Assembly: GCF_009914755.1 (NCBI RefSeq)
Contig: NC_060927.1
Source: the human T2T-CHM13v2.0 reference genome, Homo sapiens
Direction: 5' to 3' (one strand)
DNA length: 64,000 nucleotides
Shown here: one piece after another, positions 56,084 to 64,000 of the stretch
Layout of the letters: the number at the start of each line of letters is the position of its first letter
Numbering within the stretch: the stretch's first letter is position 1
Position numbers and translations under genes: made by a program
Notes under the pieces: model-generated
Told to the model about the DNA's origin: nothing
The model's input: the letters and a program-made list of their open reading frames with translations, nothing else
Database searches by the model: none

Positions 56084-56482
56084 TGTGTTAGGCCATTCTT
56101 GTGTTGCTGTAAAGGAATATGTGAGATTGGGTAACTTACAAAGAAAAGAGGTTTAATTGGCTCACGGTTCTGCAGACTGTACAAGCAAGGCCTTGTATTT
56201 TCTCAGCTTCTGGGGAGGCCTCAGGGAGCTTTTACTCATGTCAGGAGGCAAAATGGGAGCAGACACATCACATGGCAAGAGTGGGAGCAAGGGGGTGGGA
56301 GAGGTGCCATACACTTTTAAACAACCAGATCTCACATGAACTCACTCATCACCAAGGGGATGGGGCTAAGCCATTCATGAGGGCTACACCCCATGATCCA
56401 AACACCTCACACTAGTCCTCACCTCCAGTACTAGGGATTGCATCTCAACATGAGATTTGGAGGGGGCATTTGAACTATATCA
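56084..56482 (-). mobile_element. MSTA/MSTB solo LTR
   Basis: tgtgttaggccattctt...aactatatca; perfect 5-bp TSD cccac. Confidence 0.93.
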
Positions 56483-56648
56483 CCCACTATGCTCCATTGT
56501 CTCTATGTTAAAGAATTATGAAACTCCAGAGGAAGGATGAGTAGTAGGAAGGCAGGAAATTATCTGGATAAATTTCACAGATTTTTTTGAAGTTCTCAGC
56601 TTTTTATTTTCAGTAGGTAAGACAGAGTCATTTAAAAGGACTAGAGTA

Positions 56649-56942
56649 GGCTGGGTGCAGTGGCTCATGCCCGTAATCCCAGCACTTTAAAAGACCAAGG
56701 TGGGTGGATCGCTTGAACCTGGGAGTTCAAGACAAGCCTGGGCCACATAGCAAGACCTTGTCTCTCTAAAATACAAAAAATTAGCTGGGCATGGTGCACC
56801 TATAGTCCCAGCTACTTAGGATGCTGAGGTGGCAGCATCACTGGAGCCTGGGAAGTTAAGGCTGCAGTGAGCCGTGATTGTGCCACTGTACTCCAACCTA
56901 GGCAGCAGAGCAAGACCCTGTCTAAAAAATGAATGAATGAAT
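56649..56942 (+). mobile_element. AluJ
   Basis: dimer; TSD ggactagagtag. Confidence 0.92.
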
Positions 56943-57501
56943 GGACTAGAGTAGACTAGAGGTAGGAGTTAACGCAACATAATGCCTTTAATAGAGAGTT
57001 CCTGGATGCCCTTGGAATTTCAGCTCTTTTCGTGTGAAAGGACTGAGCCTGCTGCATGCCAGTGTGCACTTTCTGCTTTTTTCCTTTATTTGCCTTAGCA
57101 AGGAGACTCAGATCTTGAAGGGGCTTGGTTGGCAGGGTAGCAACTATCATTTCTGCTTTGTATGTACTGTCACTAATGTGAAAGCTGTGAAGGGACAGAT
57201 GCTATATGTAATCAAGAGACAGAGCTTTCCATAGGGTATTCTTTTACTGTGGAATGTGTTTCATTTCTCATCCACTCTAGGAATGAGAAGTATAAATGGT
57301 CTAGCTTTTGTGTTGATTCTGAGAGGGATCATTGCACTAGTGCAGGTTTGGCTGGTTCTATTTATTTAAAGTAATAAATAGCAGTGAGGGCTAAATTGAG
57401 ACTGCTTAACTTTGTGACCCATAGCAACCCAGTTGGGGTGGAGGATGGAGGAAGGCCCTTTATAGTAAGGATTATTCAGTTTCATCTTTTAAAAAAGTCA
57501 A

Positions 57502-57503
<2 letters not shown>

Positions 57504-57543
<40 letters not shown>
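57504..57543. repeat. (AT)n microsatellite
   Basis: visible tract. Confidence 0.97.
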
Positions 57544-57545
<2 letters not shown>

Positions 57546-57847
57546 ATTTTAAGTTATATATTACAGACTACTTGGCATTGAACAAAAAAATAGCTTTAAA
57601 TTCCTGTCCCTATCTCTCCCCATTCCTGATTCTCACTCCCCATTTTTTAAACCCTCTTAGTTGTTTCTTCTGGTGTTTTACATTTCTAAATAATGTTATT
57701 TTAATGTATATCTTGACTTTTCTATTTAAGTTACAGTTCAGTGATCTTCTTATTATAGAAGATAAGAATTAAGCTCCGAATGCTCTTGTCCCTACATACA
57801 TACTTTTCCCTTCCCCTTTCAATACTTCCAAACTAGTTGTATCACTA

Positions 57848-58140
57848 TTTTTTTTTTTTTTTTGATGGAGTCTTGCTCTGTCCCCCAGGCTGGAGTGCAG
57901 TGGCATGATCTCGCTCCCTGCAAGCTCTGCCTCCCAGGTTCACACCATTCTCCTGCCTTAACCTCCTGAGTAGCTGGGACTACAGGCACCTGCCACCATG
58001 CCCGGCTAATTTTTTGTATTTTTAGTAGAGATGGGGTTTCACCGTGTCAGCAAGGATGGTCTCTATCTCCTGACCTCGTGATCCACCAGCCTCGGCCTCC
58101 CAAAGTTCTGGGATTACAGGCATGAGCCACCATGCTGGGC
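57848..58140 (-). mobile_element. AluY
   Basis: AluY diagnostics; TSD tgtatcac(t/c)attttt. Confidence 0.95.
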
Positions 58141-58149
58141 TGTATCACC

Positions 58150-59750
58150 ATTTTTTGAACCAATGTTTAGTTGTTACTATGCCTGTGTAGCCACTTCACA
58201 TATAGTGAATTAAGGTTACATTTCCTTTGTTGTGTAACCTTGTTTTCCTTAGGGTTAATAATTGTTTCTCCTTTTTAATTTGCTTTATTTCCTTTGTTTT
58301 CTATGTTTCAATCTTTTGGCATAAATGAAAATCTGACTATGTTCAAGCACTTCAGGTATTTTATCAGTTGAATTTTTTTCTCAATTATATCCTGCATGGA
58401 CTCTGCCACCTTCTTTGTTAATCTAACCTGAGAATTTTCTTTGCTTCTCTCCTAGGTCCCTTTGTCTCTTAGGTTAAGTCAGTGTTGCTTTAATTCTTGG
58501 TAAACTTCCTCATTTGGTGAAGCACTTTCCCCGTAGCTTCCTAAAAAAAAAAAAAAAAAAAAAAAAGAGTTTGTGGGAGAATTTTTATTTTTGAAGTTTT
58601 ACATATTTAAAATGTATTTAGCTTACCCTTACCTTTGATTGATAGCTTGGCTGGATATATACTTCTTTGTTACAAATAAGATGAAAAATTTTTAAAGCAT
58701 TGGTTCATTATTTTCTAGCTTCCAGTATTGTTGTTGAGATGTTCCATGTCTTGTCCCAATGCCCTTCTAGTTCCTGATCCTTTTATTGACAAGTTGTTTT
58801 TTATGAAAAATTTAGTAGTATCTCTTTGCCCCAGTGTTCTGAAATTTTACAATGATTTGCTGTAGATTATTTTCACTGATAATGCTGGCTAATCAGCCAA
58901 TTCTTTTAGCCTAAAAGCTAATTTCTTTCAATTCTAGGACATTTTGTTTGTATTTCATTTTTTGATATTTCCCTCCTCTTTGTTTTCACAGTTCTGTCTT
59001 CCTAGAACCCTTTGATTAGAGTTGGACATCTTCAAATGATGCACTAATTTTCTTACATTTTGTCTCCCATTTATCTATTGGATTGCATTACCTTTTCATT
59101 CTGCTTTCAGGCAGGATTCCTCAATTTTGTGTTCCATTATTTTACTGTTTTTTAATATTAAATTACGACTAGCCTGCTTTTAACTTCCAAAAGCCCTTTT
59201 GGGTTTTGGGGGTTATGCCCCTTTATTATGCCCTATTCTTCTTTGGATGGATGTGCTATAATTTCTGTGGTCTTGTAAAATATTAATTATTTTTTCTTTG
59301 AAATTTTCTTTTATTCTTGTCATTGTGTCTGTTTCCTCCAATATCTATTTTTCTGATTGCTTTGGTCTCTTTCCTTCATGTTGGAAGCTTTCCTTATTAT
59401 ATGGTGTTCTTTGTCCATTCATATTTAAGAATGAGGCATTAAAATGTTGACAGAAAGCTCTGTGAATTGGGCTAGTATTTATCAATTAGTGAACATTACT
59501 TTAGAGGGATTAGAAGAGGGCCTGGCTTTTGATGGAAAAAGTAGAGCAGCTGTCAATATTTCTGGATCTTTTCCCCTGGGCTGAGTTTTCCTAAAGAGGA
59601 ATCTTCTCCATTCTTCATATGCAGGTATCAGCCTGGTTGTTAACATCTGGGGAGCTCGATGTGGAAAGCACACTGGGAAAGGGTTGGGGGTAAAGGGGGA
59701 TAATACTTCTAGGCTTCAGAGATTTCTGGTACCTCCAGTCTCAGAGCCTT
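58150..59750 (-). mobile_element. ancient L1M(E) ORF1-region fragments
   Basis: ttgattgatagcttggctggatata, cttccagtattgttgttgaga, gttctgaaattttacaatgat. Confidence 0.6.
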
Positions 59751-60624
59751 TCTGCAGAGGCTTGCATCTTACTGATTTCTTCCCTGTTTCCCACCCTCCT
59801 CACTTGTCTTCCTCCACCTTACTCTTAGGGCTTTTTTAGTTTTCTATTCTTTGACAAGTCATCTACTTTCCAGCTTTCACCTTTAATGTTTGGTGGAGTG
59901 GATAGTTGTGCATGGGAAGGATTGAGGCTGGCTTTTTATTAGTCTCCCTAAGAAGAGATGCCTATGGACACATCGAGGACTGACTTTAAGTAGAGATTTG
60001 ATCTGTCCTGTGTAGTAGGAGTGACTGTGAGCCTGAGAACGCCTCAGCTGTTTACTGCCCACTGTTAGGTAAGTCTGCCTTGTTCAGAATTGTGAATGGA
60101 TGCCCTTCACTTGGCATCTATCCATCCGTGAATGGATGACTTCAGCAACTACAGCCTCCATTGTCATATCTCTAATATTTTTTCTACCTTTCTACCTTTG
60201 GTGTTGTTCCTTTCTTATGAAGATCTGCTCTGTGGAATAGAAAGATTTTTACAAATCTTAGCTCTCCTGCAAATATATGTGTTGTAAGAGAGGATTAGAG
60301 CTATAATGCTATTTGTTATTTGGAATATCAACTCTATAATGGAGGATGTATTTGGGCTGGGGATAGACTGAGGATGATATCATGGCCCTTGAGATGTGGA
60401 GGAGTTAGATGTATGTGCCAAGGAAATACATATTGTATGGATACTTCCTCATATTAATGAAGAGAAAAAGAATTTTCATATCGCTTCTTTGCATTTTCAT
60501 TTGTTGTAAATATGTGCTTGAAAATCAGTGTGAATTAGCTTTGGTTTAGATACTGTTTTGTTTCACAAAAATTTCTATCTTTTGTACTCAGTTGCTGACT
60601 ATGTTGTTCGGCAAACTAAAATGA

Positions 60625-60967
<343 letters not shown>

Positions 60968-62344
60968 ATTTAAAGGTATTTTTGACATAAAGGTCATTAG
61001 GGTTCCAAGTACTGTAGTCTAGAAATCTTTTCATTATATTGGGATGAGTTTTGGAATATAAGAAAACATCTAGAATAGGATTAGAGGTTACTTCATGAGA
61101 AGAGACTTGAAGATTAGTAGTAATGAAAAAAGAATGCTGTTTTGGGAGTTTTGAATAAACTCAAGTTCTTAATGGTTAATTTGTTAAAAAGAAAGTGAGA
61201 AAAAACCCATCTACTTATGTATAAAGGAATATTCAAAAAGAAAATGTAAAATAGGGGAGATCTGGTAATCTTCCCACAACAACATTGGAAGGAAACAATG
61301 TTTATCTTCCATTAAATTGATTTTGATGTAAAGTTTTTAGTACTAGTGGCAGGACATTATTCTCTTTGAGGATAGCAAAATTTCTGATGTCATTTTTATT
61401 TAATTAGATTTTTATGATGCTGTGTTTATATTAATTGGTCCGTAAGCATATGTAGTTTTAAAATAAAGGTAATATACTTTCTGGCAAATGCCCTACAACT
61501 TTGCTCATTTACTGACTTAGAGGCATCACTGTGGCACAACGTTTCTTTCCATACTGGGTTAAAAATAATTTAGCAAAAATTATCTTTAAAACAGGAGCAC
61601 TAAAACATATTCTTTTTTTCTGCAGAGCTCCAGGGATTGTTTCACAACAGTGAGGCAAATTGTACTTGGCATGCGTTTGTAAAGTAGTTTAATCATTCTA
61701 AATTTATGGTTTCTGCTGACTCTTCAGTGTACTTTCCAAATAATCTGTGACTGATCTTGACAAATATTAGTCTGTAGGGTTTTTGCAGAGGCTGGATGTG
61801 TTGCTAAGATGAGCTATACAGATTTCTTCTGCCCAATCTCCTCCTCATTGAATTTTCCTTTTATTTTAGCAGTGACAGGAAATAGGGATGATTGTGCCAG
61901 AAAACAAAACCTGTAGTGCCAACCTAATTATACTGTTACTTTAATCCACTGAGGAGCAGGTCTCTAAGTAGAAAAGGATTGTTTTTCCTGAGTGAGGTAT
62001 TCAGCTGTTTTGTGGCATCAGATCATTCTAGGTGAATGTATGCTCTGGTGCTAGTCACCCAGATTGCTCACCTTGAGTGGTATATACTGTCTTATGCTAA
62101 CAAGCCCAAGAACACAGTGCGGTGTCGGAGCAATGTTGGTGGAGCCTCTACTGCTAGGGTCTCTGGTCAGAGAGGTCATTAGGTTGGCCCGGAAAAAGAA
62201 ATTAACACCACATTGGTTATAATAACAGTGCTGCTTTACTTAATCCATTTCCTTCTTTGTGCATCTTTACACAGTTGGTGTAGGATAAGTAATTTCATTT
62301 TCATGTATTTGGAAACAACTGATTTTCTATTGAAAAAAATTGTG

Positions 62345-62820
62345 TAATTGTTTCAGTTACCTACATAACAAACCATCCAAAGCTTAGTGGCTTAAAATAA
62401 CTATATTTTTCATTCTTTTCTGGATATAGTGAACTCAGTTGGGCATTTTTCATTTAGGGTTTCTCATTTTGTTGCAGTTGAGTATTGGTAGGGGCTGTAG
62501 TCCTTTGAAGGCTCAGCTGGGCTAGGTATCCAAGATTGCTCACTCACACCATTGAAACTCCTTACTTATGGCCTCAGCTCCCAAGAACATGCATTCCAAA
62601 ATGCAGGAAGCAGAAGCAGCCAGACTAGTTAAAGGCTGAGAACTGGCCTAGCTCACTGCTGCCATATCTGTTGGTCAGAGCATATTCAGGGCCTGCCCAG
62701 ATTCAAAACTGTGGGAAAATAGATTCCATGTCATGCTGGAAGGGTATCAAAGTCACATTATTGCAAAAGACCACTTGTCATGGGAGATATTGTAGTTATC
62801 TTTGGAAAATGCAATCTGTG
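62345..62820 (-). mobile_element. old MLT1 solo LTR
   Basis: cataacaaaccatccaaagcttagtggcttaaaataac...atctttggaaaatgcaatctg. Confidence 0.75.
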
Positions 62821-63016
62821 AAACTCTTGATTAAAAAAAACCATGTACAATGCCTTAAAAGACTACATTTGTATATTCTTGCATAGATAGTGTGTGTTTG
62901 TGCGTGTGGCATAGATATTGTATATGTGTATTGTGCATTTATGTATGTATTACATGTGTATGTGTGTATATATGTACATGTATATGCATTAATATACACA
63001 TACATAATACGTATAT

Positions 63017-63807
63017 GCCATCTTAGTTTGTTGGGCTGCTATAACAAAATTTTCTAAGTTGAGCAGTTTATAAACAACAGAAGTTTATTTATCACATTTC
63101 TGGAGGCTGAGAAGTCCAGGATCAAGATTGGCAGAATCAGTGTCTGGTGGGGGTCCACTTCCTCATAGTTTGCACCTTCTTGCTATGGCTTCACATGGGA
63201 GAAGGGATGAAAGAACCTCCCCTTTGGGCCTATTTTTTTTAAGGTAATAAATACAAATATTTAATTAAATATTAATAGGAAATTTGGCTGTGGGTGTATA
63301 CATATATGTATAAAATAATTACATATATATGTATGTATGTATAAAATCATTTTAACTTTTATTTTAGATCTGGGGGTACATGTGTAGGTTTGTTACATGG
63401 GTATGTTGCATGATTCTGACATTTGAGATGTGAATAATCCCCTCACACGGGTAGTGAACATAGTACCTAACAGGTAAGTTTCAACCCTTGTACTTCACCC
63501 TGTCTTCACCCTCTAATAGTCCCCAGTGTCTATTGTTGTTGTTTTTATATTCATGAGTACCCAGTGTTTAGCTCCCACTTGTAAATGAGAACATACGGTG
63601 TTTGTTTTTCTGTTTCTGCATTAATTTTCTTAGGATAATGGCCTTGGGCCTATTTTATAAGGGCACTAATCCCATTCACGAGGGCTTGGCCCTTATAACC
63701 TAATTATCTCCCAAACAGTTTCACCTCCTAATACCATTGCCTTGAGGGTTAGGATTTCAATGTATGAATTTATTGAGGGGGAAATGCAGACATTTGGACC
63801 ATAGCAC
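63017..63807 (-). mobile_element. MLT1A-type LTR split by an L1 insertion
   Basis: tcttagtttgttgggctgctataacaaa...gaccatagca; halves rejoin at TSD ttgggcctatttt. Confidence 0.88.
63237..63643 (-). mobile_element. 5'-truncated L1PA (about PA14-16) 3' end plus ~110 bp of extra sequence
   Basis: aacttttattttagat..gggggtacatgtg..acatgggtat.ttgcatgat 3'UTR; TSD at 63224-63236 and 63644-63656. Confidence 0.88.
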
Positions 63808-63874
63808 ACATGTACATTAATACACATGATGCCTCAGTATCAGTATACTTCATTAGACTTTGCTAGAAAAAAAA

Positions 63875-63875
<1 letters not shown>

Positions 63876-63917
<42 letters not shown>
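63876..63917. repeat. (CA)n microsatellite
   Basis: visible tract. Confidence 0.97.
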
Positions 63918-63918
<1 letters not shown>

Positions 63919-64000
63919 CACATCCCACATTACTTTTAATTAGTTTTCACAGATCTCAGAACTACCTAGCAATGGAACTAACTTTCTGGTCAATTCAAGT

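Overview
Primate (human-like) genomic DNA, almost certainly intronic or intergenic, and made up mostly of transposable-element relics. These include about 20 Alus, several L1s, L2/MIR fragments, MaLR/ERVL solo LTRs (THE1, MST, MLT1, MLT2) and DNA transposons (full-span Tigger1, Hsmar2, Tigger4/Zombi, MER5A). I can support no host coding exon, RNA gene or new protein-coding system: the ORF track is explained by decayed L1/Tigger/Hsmar2 ORFs, Alu frames and low-complexity repeats. The interesting signal is structural. (1) A 7.7-kb L1 has two tandem 5'UTR/promoter units from different subfamilies inside one target-site duplication (TSD). (2) A 33-bp perfect copy of a local L1 segment is inserted in an Alu 12.7 kb away. 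(3) A 1.7-kb palindromic AT-rich VNTR interrupts an L1. (4) A twin-primed L1 has a multi-kb gap. (5) An old L1 appears to carry a 3' transduction. Several smaller templated or hairpin insertions are also present. Subfamily names come from recalled diagnostic motifs, not a database search, and boundaries of old elements are approximate.
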